Assembly (NCBI RefSeq): GCF_001194135.2 | Contig: NC_068986.1 | Coordinates: forward strand, 64,611,149 to 64,669,874 | Source of the DNA: Octopus bimaculoides | Lineage: Eukaryota | DNA: 58,726 nt | Direction of reading: 5' to 3' | In this document: positions 12,726 to 25,670 of the stretch, one piece after another | How the letters are laid out: every line of letters begins with the position of its first letter | Position numbering within the stretch: position 1 is the first letter of the stretch | Program-made: the position numbers and the translations under genes | Notes under the pieces: generated by a model | Told to the model about the DNA's origin: nothing | The model's database searches: none | The model's input: only the letters and a program-made list of their open reading frames with translations

Positions 12726-12984
12726 NNNNNNNNNNNNNNNNNNNNNNNNNNNNNNNNNNNNNNNNNNNNNNNNNNNNNNNNNNNNNNNNNNNNNNNNNNN
12801 NNNNNNNNNNNNNNNNNNNNNNNNNNNNNNNNNNNNNNNNNNNNNNNNNNNNNNNNNNNNNNNNNNNNNNNNNNNNNNNNNNNNNNNNNNNNNNNNNNNN
12901 NNNNNNNNNNNNNNNNNNNNNNNNNNNNNNNNNNNNNNNNNNNNNNNNNNNNNNNNNNNTATATATATATATATATATATGCAT

Positions 12985-14590
12985 CGGCATTGAGGAGGCA
13001 GATGTAACATTGGCTACAGATGAAATGAGCTCAAGCTCAGCATGTAGTCCCGATGACATCCCAGCTATACTCCAAAAGCCATGTAAGGAAGCTTTAGCGA
13101 AACCACTTCAGATATTTTTCCAGGGTTTCCTTGCAAGTGGTAAACGTCCTAAAAAACTAAAAGATGACATTATAGGCACTATCCACAAAGATGGAAGCAG
13201 AGCAGGGGTTCAGAACTACAGGCCTATCTCTCTGATTTTACATTTCAGTAAAATCAGAGAGAAAATGAAAGTGTTTCTGGAAAATGATTTACTGAACAAT
13301 ACACGATATGGTTTCTGTCCAGGAAGAAGCTGCTTCACATAGCTCTAGATCAGTATGACTGGGTTTTGAAGCAACTGCTTAACCATTCAGATGTCAATTA
13401 GATATAGCTTGGCTTCAAAAAGGCTTTTGATAAGATAGATCATGGCATGATATGTCAGAAGCTGCGAGGCCTTGGTAAATTGGGAGAGTGGCTGCATGAC
13501 TTCATTAAAAACAGAAGCCAGGCGGTTGTAACCAATGGTGCCCCCTCTGAGGAGACTCAAATTCTAAGTTACGTCCCCAGGGAACTGTCTTGGGGCCATA
13601 ACTATTTATAATAGCTCTCTTAGACATACCCATGATCACTCAGACAGCCACTGTCACTAGCTACGCTGATGATACAGAAGTAAGCAACCTACGGTTTAAT
13701 GCTGGAAAATTTCAAGCACTGTACTATCAGCTCATAAATGCACTTCAGCCTGCATATACAAGACCCGAAGGCACTGCGATCGCAGAATCACAGGCAGTTA
13801 GAGTGCGTGTAATGATGCATCATTTCATATGCCCGTTACCAAGATGGCAGCAAAGTATAAACAAGTGGCAGGATAGATACCAAGGTTCTTCAAGATAAGA
13901 GACCAAGAAGTTATGTTTACCCTGTGGAGGACTTTGGTGCCTGGACTACTACTCTCAGCTATGGTCACCACAAATACCAAACTACGAGTGGACCTTGAAG
14001 CGGTCCAACGTCACTACACTAAAAATATTGTAACAGTGCAGCAGATGAGCAACAGAGAGAGGCTGAAAAATAATAAGACTTTACTCACTGGAGTGAAGAC
14101 GCGACAGAAAAGTAATAATCTGCATATGGAAAGTACTTGAACGACAAGTACCTAATTTCGGCATTGAGTGTTATACAAATGCCTAAAATGGATCCCGTTG
14201 TATTGTATCAAAGCTACTGTCCACTCCATCTAAATTTAGGACCAGGTACTGCAACAGCTTAGTGTTCAACGGTCCACAATTCTTCAATGTCCTCCCACAA
14301 AAATTTCGAAAGCTACACTGTGTGGACGTAGATGTCTTCAAAAAGGAACTAGACATTCTTATCTCCACAATATCGAATGAATCTACGGCGGCAATGAGAT
14401 ACAGATGAGGGCAGCGGTGTCAAACTCCTTCACTTACCAAATGGACCAGCAACCAGGGTAAAAGCACATCCAGAAGTGGCAATGTGAAACCCCACCAGCC
14501 TGAAGAAATCAGCCAAGGCAGAATCACACGTATAAGTGTAAAATCAGGGTGGTGCTACAGCTTGACTGCAGCTGTATGGCTGAAATTATT
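12985..14590 (+). mobile_element. CR1/L2-group LINE, 5'-truncated RT pseudogene plus 3' end
   Basis: SPDDIP..NYRPISL..YGFCPGRSC; YLGFKKAFDKIDHG; PQGTVLGP-like; SYADDT at ~13660; LEAVQRHYTK; FNGPQFFNVLP. Internal deletions. Confidence 0.9.
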
Positions 14591-14601
14591 AAAAGGGTAT
14601 A

Positions 14602-14664
<63 letters not shown>

Positions 14665-16086
14665 TATATATGTGAGTGCATATATATATATATACGTGCG
14701 TGTCTGTGTATGAACTGAAGGAAATGAATTCTATAGGGAAGACGGACAGTTTTCTTTATAATTGGGAAACGCATNNNNNNNNNNNNNNNNNNNNNNNNNN
14801 NNNNNNNNNNNNNNNNNNNNNNNNNNNNNNNNNNNNNNNNNNNNNNNNNNNNNNNNNNNNNNNNNNNNNNNNNNNNNNNNNNNNNNNNNNNNNNNNNNNN
14901 NNNNNNNNNNNNNNNNNNNNNNNNNNNNNNNNNNNNNNNNNNNNNNNNNNNNNNNNNNNNNNNNNNNNNNNNNNNNNNNNNNNNNNNNNNNNNNNNNNNN
15001 NNNNNNNNNNNNNNNNNNNNNNNNNNNNNNNNNNNNNNNNNNNNNNNNNNNNNNNNNNNNNNNNNNNNNNNNNNNNNNNNNNNNNNNNNNNNNNNNNNNN
15101 NNNNNNNNNNNNNNNNNNNNNNNNNNNNNNNNNNNNNNNNNNNNNNNNNNNNNNNNNNNNNNNNNNNNNNNNNNNNNNNNNNNNNNNNNNNNNNNNNNNN
15201 NNNNNNNNNNNNNNNNNNNNNNNNNNNNNNNNNNNNNNNNNNNNNNNNNNNNNNNNNNNNNNNNNNNNNNNNNNNNNNNNNNNNNNNNNNNNNNNNNNNN
15301 NNNNNNNNNNNNNNNNNNNNNNNNNNNNNNNNNNNNNNNNNNNNNNNNNNNNNNNNNNNNNNNNNNNNNNNNNNNNNNNNNNNNNNNNNNNNNNNNNNNN
15401 NNNNNNNNNNNNNNNNNATATATATATATATATATATACATGAAGTTAGGTATATATGCGTGTGCATCTTTGGTTATCTTTCGTTGATGTATATCATTGA
15501 AATATGTCAACATAATAGAGAAAACCAATAAACCGGTGTTTTCAAATCATAACCCCTTGTAACGTTTCTTCCGACAGAGTTGTCACTATTGCCATGTCAA
15601 AACCTAATATTTATGATTTCTATTACCTATACTAAATTGTACAGAAAATTTAAATTCGATATAAAAGTAATTTTAAATATAACCAACCGCGACCACAACC
15701 ACTGGCTGAAACCAGTAAAAGAGTCCAAATTTAACGAATTAACATAGTTTTTATGATTTAAACTATGTATCTCATTTCCATTTATTTTTTTTCAAAAAAA
15801 TGATATTTTACACAGTTGTTTTCATAACACTGCATATTCTTTAACTATATCTGGATGAAATATTTACTTAGTACTTGAGAGATATATTTTAGTGAAAAGC
15901 CAACGTTGCCTTTAACATTTGGGCAATATGAAGTTGTTAATTTCAATTAACTTATTTAGGTTACGAGGCGACGGATGTTTACTTAACTCTGATAGCTTTA
16001 ACAGCAATGTACTATACATAAATGCTGTTTGAATATATTTTCATGACAAATTGAGTAAGATTTACATAATAACAGTTGATATAGCT

Positions 16087-16125
<39 letters not shown>

Positions 16126-16466
16126 CACACATATATATATATATATACATATATATACACACAAACACACACATATATACTATATTATGCATGTATGTGT
16201 ATGTATGTATGTATGTATGTATGTATGTATGTATGTATGCGCGTGTTTATGTATATAGGTATGTATGTGCGTACGTACGTACGCATGCGTGTATGTATAT
16301 ATAACATGCAAATGAAAAAAATGCTAGATTCGTATATTACGCTTTTCTCGTCTTTATACTTAGTTTCTTACAATGTTTCTTTTCGCATGTAATTTTCTAT
16401 CTGCAGGCTAGCGTAATGTTTGTAACATGTTCTGTGTAATACATATACATACATACATGCATGCAT

Positions 16467-16520
<54 letters not shown>

Positions 16521-16703
16521 GTATATGTATATGTATATATATGTATCTTGCTAAAATAATGACTGGTTGTTTTTGTACATGCACACACACACAGACATAT
16601 ATATATATATTGTGTGTGTGTGTGTGTATGTGTATGTATGTATATACATATATCTATTAAGCGCGCTTAAGAAAGCAATAAGCACAAAAAGAGGATAACG
16701 CAA

Positions 16704-16851
16704 AAGATACACGTTTTTAGAAATGTTATATTAGTTAACGTTTGAAACAGGTGTCTTGACATTCCGGAGGCTAGACGAAGATACACGTTTTAAGAAATGT
16801 TATATTAGTTGACGTTTGAAAAGGGAGTCTTGACGTTTCGGAGGCGAGCCA
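16704..16851. repeat. Two-copy 74-bp tandem duplication
   Basis: AAGATACACGTTTT.AGAAATGTTATATTAGTT.ACGTTTGAAA at 16704 and 16778. Confidence 0.9.
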
Positions 16852-16935
16852 TTTTCTTTTTTATCGTTTTTCCTTCTTATCTTTGTTCTGATGAAGGGTG
16901 TTTGGAGAAAAGAAGGGAAAAGGCAAAAACGTTCG
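16832..16935. mobile_element. Probable PLE terminal-repeat remnant with two opposed, broken HHR motifs
   Basis: GACGTTTCGG (minus CCGAAACGTC) and plus CTGATGAAGG (16888)...CAAAAACGTT. One core half is mutated in each. Confidence 0.35.
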
Positions 16936-17464
16936 AGGTCTGATATAAATGCATTTTTCTTCAAAGGGGACGAGTAGGACAGTGTGTGAACTATAGGATG
17001 GTATCCGTGCATTGAGATGGGCATAAGGGTGTGTGTGTGTATGTATGTGTGGATTTCGGGGCTTTAGTGTCTCCCAGGAGTGTCTTTAGGTGTGCATGTA
17101 TGGAGTATAGTAGTGTGGGACTGTAGATGCGTGAGAGGATGGTGTGTAGGTGTAATCGTATTGTGAGGAAAAGACGGGGAAAGGTGGATGAGGTGGCAGG
17201 TACGAGTTTGAGTTGAAAAGAAAGTCATGAGAAATGTAGTGTCAAGAGAAAACACTAATGAAATGTTTATAAAAAGCAATTTTATAATGCAAAATGACAA
17301 CGCTGGTGAAAGGCTTGTGGAGGTTAAGTAACTAGTGCGATGTCAGGAGAAAGAAAAACTGATCAAAGCTTATAAAAGAAGGCAGTCGAAATGGATACAG
17401 AGAGCAAAACAAGGGGGAAACAATTTATTGGTAAACGTCAAAGAAATTCATGTCCTTATTTTCT

Positions 17465-17760
17465 TTTTTTCTTTTTGTCTTTCACTGGTTTCAGTCATTG
17501 GACTGCGGCTATGCTTTGTTATCATCTTAAAGATTTTAGTCGAATAAATCAACCGCAGTATTTCTTTTTAAAATTGTATACTTATCCTCTTTCGCGGGGA
17601 CGTAAACAAGCCAACACCGGTTGCCAAACTGTATGTGTGTGTGTATATGTGTGGGTGGGAGGGGGTTAAACACCGACACAAAGACACACACACATACATA
17701 TATAAGGCAACTTCCATACAGTTTCCATCTCCCAAATTCACTCACAAGACTGAACCAGTG
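17465..17760 (-). mobile_element. SINE family 1, degraded
   Basis: GTTTCAGTCATTGGACTGCGGC tail, AACACCGGTTG, CAGTTTCCATCTCCCAAATTCACTCACAAG. Confidence 0.7.
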
Positions 17761-18294
17761 AACCATGTAAAGAGAAGGTAATAGCAAACGATAAAAGAAG
17801 CATAGTGAACATCTATGTAGGTTAAATGACAAGTGCAATGTTTTGGAAGTAAACCCGAAGAGGAAAGCACGGTCGAAGCAGATGTAGACAGTTAAATCGA
17901 AGAAAAAGATCTTTTCTTAAAAAACAGTTGAATTTTTTTTACATAAGAAAGAATCCTAAAATGCTGAATTGGTAAAAAGTCAATGGTAAACTGCAGAGGC
18001 AAAAAAGACTGTGAAGAAAAGTCCGGGAAAATACAGTCGAACACATATTGTGAAACGCCACGTGGTAGAGAAATAAGAAGAGATAATATGGAGGGACAGT
18101 TAAAAGTGTGTGTATGAATATATATATATATTAGTGCGTGTGTGCATATGTGTATCTTAGCAAGCAAAAGAGTCGGTTGCAGGGTAATAGAATAGTATGA
18201 CCTAAGTGGCCAATAGCATGTATTGGAAGAACTTAGACATATTAAATACCAAACAATCTATCAAATCTTCGCCTTTAGAGGACGTATCATAAAA

Positions 18295-18600
18295 CTGACA
18301 GTCCGTTCCATTTGATCCGATCAACGGAACAGCCTGCTCGTGAAATTAATGTACAAGTGGCTGAGCACTTCACAGACACGCATCCTCTTAACGTAGTCCT
18401 CAGGGAGACTCAGTGCGACACAGATCATGATAAGGCTAGCCCTTTGGATTTCAGGTACTACTCATTTTTGCCAGCTGAGTGAACTGGAGTAACGCGAAAG
18501 AAAGTGTCTTGCCGAAAGGACACAACGTGCCGCCAAGAATCGAACTCATGATCTTACGATCGGGATCCGAATATCCTAATCACTAAGCCAAGCGCTTTCA
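18295..18600 (-). mobile_element. tRNA-derived SINE family 3, near full length
   Basis: Minus head TGGCTTAGTGATTAGG (A box)...GAGTTCGATTC (B box), GTTGTGTCC..GCAAGACACTT, then body shared with 10735. Confidence 0.85.
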
Positions 18601-19119
18601 TAGTGGTATCATGATTACCACATAACAATTAAGTTCAGCTCCACTTTAGAAGGGAAGCAAATCTCAAGATTCAAACTTTGTCCAAATTTGACTAGCCTTT
18701 AAGGAAGAGGACAGGCTTATTGTCTGGAGATAAGAGAACAGATGAGGAAACGTATTTCTGGCTCAATAACCGTTATCAGCACAATTATCACACCTTAACT
18801 TCAGTAGCAAATTGACTTAAGACTTATACCTAATTTTAGTAAGCTAAACAAAAGTACGTTGAGAAAAACAACTAAAACTATCCAATGGTATGTTGACATG
18901 TCATGCATGAAGATATTAAGTACAGTTGTCACGTAAGTTAGGAACAGGAGAGTGTGTGCACGAGAGTAAGTGTAAATCTATGTGTGGGTGTGTCATATAT
19001 ATTTATGTATATGTGTGTGCGCACGTGTGTATACATCTAGCGCATTCCTTTCTTTTCTTGCTTTCTCCTCTCTCTTCTATTCACTCACTCACAGCCCATA
19101 TGTGTCTATCATGATGTCT

Positions 19120-19460
19120 GTCTTTCTCACTCTGTATACTCACGTGGACCATTTTCATACTAACCACTAAATTCTATTCCTTCAACATGAACATAACATG
19201 CCTGGATTTACCTGGCAATACAGATCAACCTCCATCCCTCTGGAAGAAGATGAGATTTGAACTTTGTTCTCCTGTCTGCATTCTATCTGCTGTCTTACTC
19301 TTTATTCTCTTATCTGCTATTTTTATTCCTTATAAACTGTGAATTTCCTTGTCTAAGTCTTTCATACCTACTCACCTTGTCTCTGATGACGGTATACTCA
19401 GTGTACGGACATACTAGCCTATCACTTGGGATATCCCAGAAACAGCTGTAAGACTTCAAA
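19120..19460 (+). mobile_element. PLE 3' end (GIY-YIG C-terminal remnant plus terminal repeat)
   Basis: Degenerate DHF..NH..NMNITCLDLPGNTD, then the HHR motif about 130 nt downstream. Confidence 0.5.
19379..19454 (+). ncRNA. Minimal hammerhead ribozyme motif (PLE type)
   Basis: GTCT-CTGATGA(19383-89)...GAAAC-AGCT-GTA-AGAC: 4-bp stem I (GTCT/AGAC), palindromic ACAGCTGT helix III, GUA triplet. Stem II is irregular. Confidence 0.65.
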
Positions 19461-19623
19461 TTCACCTTACCCTAATTAAATATTCTAAATGACTTGAGAT
19501 ATCTGCCCTACCTTGGTTTTTGTTGTTCTTTTTTCTCTAATATAATATACATGCAGCTTAATACTAGCTTAATACCTAGCTCCAGCCTCAGCTGTGAACT
19601 TGGAACCTAACAGTTATAGCTAT

Positions 19624-19659
19624 AGTAGGTGCTATAATCTAATGGTTATAGCACCTACT
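19624..19659. repeat. Perfect 14-bp hairpin with 8-nt loop
   Basis: AGTAGGTGCTATAA-tctaatgg-TTATAGCACCTACT. Confidence 0.95.
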
Positions 19660-19917
19660 CAGCGTACCTATTCGTTTAGATCATCAGTGAACTAAACCCC
19701 TCATACTCTTTATATATATATACATACATAAAATAAATGAAAACATGTACTGTAAATATACAAACGACAAATAAAAAACGTATAACATATTGATACGGAC
19801 GCCGATAAACAAACAAAATAACGTTAGGTCCTTATTCCCCGAGCTGGGTTTGAAACCGTATTCTGGTTGTTGAGGATAATGGTATTTCCTTTGTCCTGTG
19901 AACAAGCACAGTTATTT

Positions 19918-20325
19918 TTAGCGTAGGAGTGATCGCTGACCCTTTCCGGTCACCAAAAGTTCAGAAAAACAAGTTAGGAATTGTACTAAACTGACCCAGC
20001 TCTGGAGGGGAGTAAAGTAGCACTGTTGAGCTACGGCATTTGTGATAAATACGACAGCGAGATTTGGGGGACGGGAGTTGGCGCGAGCAGTTGGCGTGAG
20101 CAGTTCGCATCGAGCAGTTGGCGTACAGCAGTTGGTGGAAGCGGTCAGCGAGTGAAGATGGATCGCAGTTGCTGTAAACGGAGTTGATGTAAACACAACA
20201 GCCAGATGGAATGGCAGTCGATGTAGTGAAGAACGAGTATGTGACAGCAGCGGTCAGCAAGATGAACAGAGAGACTGACAGAAAGAGTCTGAGAGAGAGA
20301 GGCTATGGTCTGAAGGTACCAGTCA
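19918..20325. repeat. Unclassified GC-richer repeat with a ~14-bp internal tandem (GAGCAGTTGGCG); possibly LTR-like
   Basis: About five degenerate units at 20065-20140; minus-strand TTTTGGTGACC resembles a gypsy primer-binding site. Runs into the gap. Confidence 0.3.
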
Positions 20326-21623
20326 NNNNNNNNNNNNNNNNNNNNNNNNNNNNNNNNNNNNNNNNNNNNNNNNNNNNNNNNNNNNNNNNNNNNNNNNNNN
20401 NNNNNNNNNNNNNNNNNNNNNNNNNNNNNNNNNNNNNNNNNNNNNNNNNNNNNNNNNNNNNNNNNNNNNNNNNNNNNNNNNNNNNNNNNNNNNNNNNNNN
20501 NNNNNNNNNNNNNNNNNNNNNNNNNNNNNNNNNNNNNNNNNNNNNNNNNNNNNNNNNNNNNNNNNNNNNNNNNNNNNNNNNNNNNNNNNNNNNNNNNNNN
20601 NNNNNNNNNNNNNNNNNNNNNNNNNNNNNNNNNNNNNNNNNNNNNNNNNNNNNNNNNNNNNNNNNNNNNNNNNNNNNNNNNNNNNNNNNNNNNNNNNNNN
20701 NNNNNNNNNNNNNNNNNNNNNNNNNNNNNNNNNNNNNNNNNNNNNNNNNNNNNNNNNNNNNNNNNNNNNNNNNNNNNNNNNNNNNNNNNNNNNNNNNNNN
20801 NNNNNNNNNNNNNNNNNNNNNNNNNNNNNNNNNNNNNNNNNNNNNNNNNNNNNNNNNNNNNNNNNNNNNNNNNNNNNNNNNNNNNNNNNNNNNNNNNNNN
20901 NNNNNNNNNNNNNNNNNNNNNNNNNNNNNNNNNNNNNNNNNNNNNNNNNNNNNNNNNNNNNNNNNNNNNNNNNNNNNNNNNNNNNNNNNNNNNNNNNNNN
21001 NNNNNNNNNNNNNNNNNNNNNNNNNNNNNNNNNNNNNNNNNNNNNNNNNNNNNNNNNNNNNNNNNNNNNNNNNNNNNNNNNNNNNNNNNNNNNNNNNNNN
21101 NNNNNNNNNNNNNNNNNNNNNNNNNNNNNTATGTATATATATATTTGTGTGTGTATGTATGTGTGTATGTGTGGGCGCGTAGATATTGTAGGGCACCATC
21201 TTGAAGAGTATTTAGTTGATCATATCGAAGCAATAGCTATTTTAAAACCGAATGCTTATTTTAGAAACCATATTTTACTGTACTGCTATACTAATTATTA
21301 TAAACGCATACATTTTTCCTCGGTGTTAACAGCAAAGAGGGACATAAAGGTTGACATACAAATAGATACATGTGCGTGGACACACTCAAACACATACATA
21401 TACACACAAACAAATGTGTATATACGGGACTTCCGCATAGTTTCCTTCTACCAGCCTCACAACACAGTGGTCAACCTGCGGTTATAATACAATAGTATAT
21501 GCCAAAAATGCCGCATAGAGTGATGGAACTCTAGAATATGTGGTTGTTCTTTGAAATAAGATCACGATCTAATTTTGAGAAATCTATATTTTTACTTAAC
21601 TATACATTACCATGTATGTACGC

Positions 21624-21624
<1 letters not shown>

Positions 21625-21675
<51 letters not shown>

Positions 21676-21689
21676 GATCCCCCACACAA

Positions 21690-21740
<51 letters not shown>
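21625..21740. repeat. Opposed (CA)n and (TG)n tracts
   Basis: Direct reading: (CA)n, a short spacer, then (TG)n. Confidence 0.9.
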
Positions 21741-21741
<1 letters not shown>

Positions 21742-22029
21742 ACTGATCACGCACACGCACACGCAAACATTTGTAGCTATAAATTTATGTAGTGGTACGC
21801 AGATTTATAATGTATCGCTTATATACATTAAGAATAAATTACTTTTCTGCCGTCAATAATTGGATTAATAAATTACGCTACTTAATATTCACACATTAAA
21901 TGGACATCAAATCGCTAATTAGAAATAATTATGTTGCGAGCAAAAGAACTCTATTAGTCATTGACTAATATAGTTTACTTATTCCAGAAAGTGTAGGTGA
22001 CAATTTTAGAGATGTTTCAGTTCGGATAA

Positions 22030-22625
22030 GGATAAAGGAGTCTGGAAACGGTGTATGGGCGAATTGTTAAAGCAGAAATGAGAAGTAACATATAGTCCGG
22101 GGAGGTCGAAATAAATTTGCATGTCCTAATGACCCCAACCACCAAAAAAAAAACAAAAAAAAATACAAGTCTATCTCGGAGACGTGTTCACTTGAGGGCG
22201 TCGAGACAAAGGTCATGGTGCAGGGCAAAAGAACAAGTTGCTACACGTCTAGTTGTGAGAACCACTTGACTTTTTTTTTATCGTGAAGAACCAGAAAAGC
22301 TAGCAAAGAAAATAAAAAGGAACAATAAGGTCAAACGGTGGCGAGCCGTTTGGGAACGAGAACCAAATTTTTTTACGTTTCATCTTCTTTCAATTATATC
22401 TCGCTTTTTTGCGTTTTTATTTTTCATTTATTTCATTTATTCCATTTATTTATAAAATTATTTCTTACTTTGTGAAGTTTTATTTGGTTACCATTTTAAT
22501 TATATGATTATTGTCCAGATCCATTCGTGTTTGCGAAACCTTTTTAAAGCAATTTTTAACCATGTTTAACGTTCGTCGCATTTTTGTATTTTTTAAAAAC
22601 CTTTGTGGCTAATAAAGAAAAGATT
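22030..22625 (+). mobile_element. Possible internally deleted Tx1-like LINE (ORF1 zinc-knuckle remnant plus T-rich 3' end)
   Basis: EGVETKVMVQGKRTSCY...NH resembles V.VEGR..TC..C..GH; the segment ends TGTGGCTAATAAAGAAA. Confidence 0.4.
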
Positions 22626-23639
22626 GTTGTTCTTTGTATGACCAGTGAAATAAGGCGATTTTCTTTCTGCTTCTGGATTTTATGTAAAGAGGCTATTTTT
22701 CTCTTTTTATTTCACCTCAAACTGTTTTAAACGGTATTTGTGTTTAATTTCGTATTTGTTTTGCTCTATTTAAGGTGGATTAAGTTGTATTTGTTTAATT
22801 TTGATTGTATTTGAATTTTCATTTGATATTTTTCTATTTTCTTGTTGGAATAGAATTAAAAATATATAAAATCGTAGAATCTTCGAAGTACGAGTTGGCC
22901 ATGAGTCTCACAATGGTAGTGGCAGCCTTGTTTATATTGGAGGAATGTAAATAACGCTACCCGTCATTGAAAAAAAAAATTATTAAAAAATAAACAAAAA
23001 GGGAAACAGAAAAGAAAGTTATTGGTTTGAAAAATATTGTGACAAAATTAACAGCAATTAATGGCAATAATAGCAGAGTAAGTCAGTGTTAAAATTCATA
23101 ACACAAGTGGCTGCTATCATAATGGTATTTGACAAATTCTTCGACGCTAAATACGAAAGCTGCGTTCAATGAAATAATGCGTGAAATTTAAAATACTATG
23201 TTACTTACTGCCTTTTGTCTGAGCTATGATATGATCTGTGACGATTCGTGATGAGCATGTGATATCTCATTCCGTGTAGTTATGCACAACTTTTCAGCAA
23301 AACTTTGCAGAAATTCTAGGAGTCACAGACGGTAACGGTGGGTTTTGATGCCTATCTCAATGTTCTGTGAATTTCGAGAATACGATTACGTATACTGGAA
23401 TAGGGGATGTTATGTATGGCTGTGCCAAAGTTATGGTGCCATGATTGGATAGCCTTGCCTGTGAACCTTATTGTAGTATTCTGGACTTGTTAGCTCTTAT
23501 CTTGGTAAGGTGTATAGGAACCGGCAAAAGACTAGGGTAATTTCCAGTTATATAAGACGGAGTGTGGTGCTGCAGTTGAAGAACTCTAACAAAATTATCA
23601 TTATAGAAAATTTAAGCCTATAACTTTGCTCAACACTAA

Positions 23640-25340
23640 GTTAAAATTTCTAAACCAAAATTTCTGCAGGTGCTGATGCTTGTTACAAATTGTGTTGTCG
23701 AGTTCACACACACTTGCAAGATCACGGGCATATCTATCCAAATCAGCCGCCTCCTTGTTGAGATGTATCGTAGAAAGTGTTTAGTTTTGTTTTAGCTTCG
23801 GTGGGATGCTGATCAACTTGAATCCATATAAACCTTCGATAGAGTTGATCATCGATGTCTAGCAGCTGGGAAGCTCGCAACCAGTTTCGGTCCGGTGTCA
23901 AGAAGTTTTATTATTGCTATGTACAGCAGTATATTATGGTGTTAGTGGTAAATGGCTACGATTTTGAACCGTTCAGTACCACGCACTGGATCCATCAAAA
24001 GTATTCCCTCTCGTAGTTCCTGTACATTCTTGAGCGACTACTACAGAAGATGGAGATGCTAAGAGTAATCTCACTCAAGCTGGGATGCAGGAGAGCTTTC
24101 TCCTACGGTTCTCCAAATGTCTGCCATTTGGAAATCGAGGTGGTTGACACCATGCCGAAGGAATATGCAGTCGTAACAGAAGCGCTCATTAACCAGGATG
24201 TCAGTGGGTTTGTAATTCGGACTTAGAGAAGCGAGTCTGTGTCAGCTATCGGTATTTCTATGTGTGAATGAACTGACAGCCTTGTTAAAATGCTTCGAGT
24301 GTCTGGTTCGGTCTCAATCTACAGGTGAATAGGATATGAGGCATAGGTTACAAGCAGGACGACCACTCTCATACAACAATGGATACACAGGGATGTATTT
24401 TTGAAAAATAGATCAGGATTACGACTACACGTACATAATATTTTAATGCCTTACCATCATGCCTTGTCCCAGGTTGCATCTGACCAGGTTAGAACGTCTA
24501 CTTTTCTTCTTGTACTGATAGCGCTAAAGCTCGGTATGCCAAAGCTAATGAGGCTCTAGCATGCACTGAGATCGTAAAATCTCTGGAGATTCTTAGTTTA
24601 CGAGACAAAATAGTTATTGCTTGTAAAGTACGATCTTCCATAGCACTTTTATTTAACACATCTGCAGTCATCGACCAAGTGTAGACCAAAATTATTGTCT
24701 GATATCTAGAAAGTATCGGGCGTTCTCGGTTCTATATCACTCTAGCAATGTGTACAATAGAACGTCAATGTTATCATTCTATAGAGTGGTACAGGAGAAC
24801 AATGATGTTCTTGGAGAGATTCTAAGCGTCGACGAAGATCAACTCATTTATTTGATACGGAACACTCTCAGCCCAGAGGTCTGAACATCTAGAAATTCCT
24901 GCCTTGGCAGTGTTGCTCGCGCTTTATCATTTCCATGATATACATCTCTCAGACACAGATGTAACGTCAGTAAGACCTGTCTGAGAGGCGCATACAATGA
25001 CAAAATTGTTCTCCACGCACTTGTGTAGTGTACGATATTTGCTGACATTTAGACCTATGTTGAATGGCTGGTTATTGTAGACGGGAGGGAAAGTGGGCGA
25101 ATCCTGGCGTATGTGAATCTTCCATAAGTAACAGTCTTTTCTGGATTCTTTATATTGTTAAAAAAATTATCTGTTTTTCATGTTGAGCTGCGCTTTTGCC
25201 GCTTCCCTGTACTATTGTATATGTACATCCAACATGCAATTATTTTCTATAAAATGCTTCGTGAAAACAAAGAAACAATGTTATGATTATAATTAAGTAA
25301 CGCTGTTCTCCTTATCTTTAAATCGTACATTTACAATATA
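23640..25340 (-). mobile_element. Old CR1/L2-group LINE relic
   Basis: Minus strand, in order: LLMEDSHTPG (LLMGDFN.PG), W.MT..VL linker, NYKP, HLDFQMA (YLDF.KAFD), IQCVVLNGSKS, then a deletion, DI..RRF, RRRL..D. Confidence 0.65.
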
Positions 25341-25459
25341 NNNNNNNNNNNNNNNNNNNNNNNNNNNNNNNNNNNNNNNNNNNNNNNNNNNNNNNNNNNN
25401 NNNNNNNNNNNNNNNNNNNCCACCACCACCAAAAACAATACCGACGTGACAACAAAGAA

Positions 25460-25670
25460 GCCTGTATGAGATCGCTCAAGATCGCTCAAGATGTTGGAAA
25501 TAAGTCAAAATTTCCTCAGATTACACTCTAGAGTGTTTTCTGAAAAGTTCACATTAACTAATGTAGACCGAGATACACTGTGTCTAAATAAAAGACGGCT
25601 GAAGTGTCTTTGATCATGAGTTTACTTAGGGATGCCATGGGGTTAAACAACAGCAACAACAACACCAACA
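25460..25670 (+). mobile_element. Old (CAA)n-tailed retroposon copy
   Basis: GATACACTGTGTCTAAATAAAAGAC..CTTTGATCAT..GGGGTTAAACAACAGCAACAACAAC. Confidence 0.6.

Noticed and set aside
21131-21487. 118-aa ORF
   Set aside because: Starts in a microsatellite and includes a SINE-derived segment.
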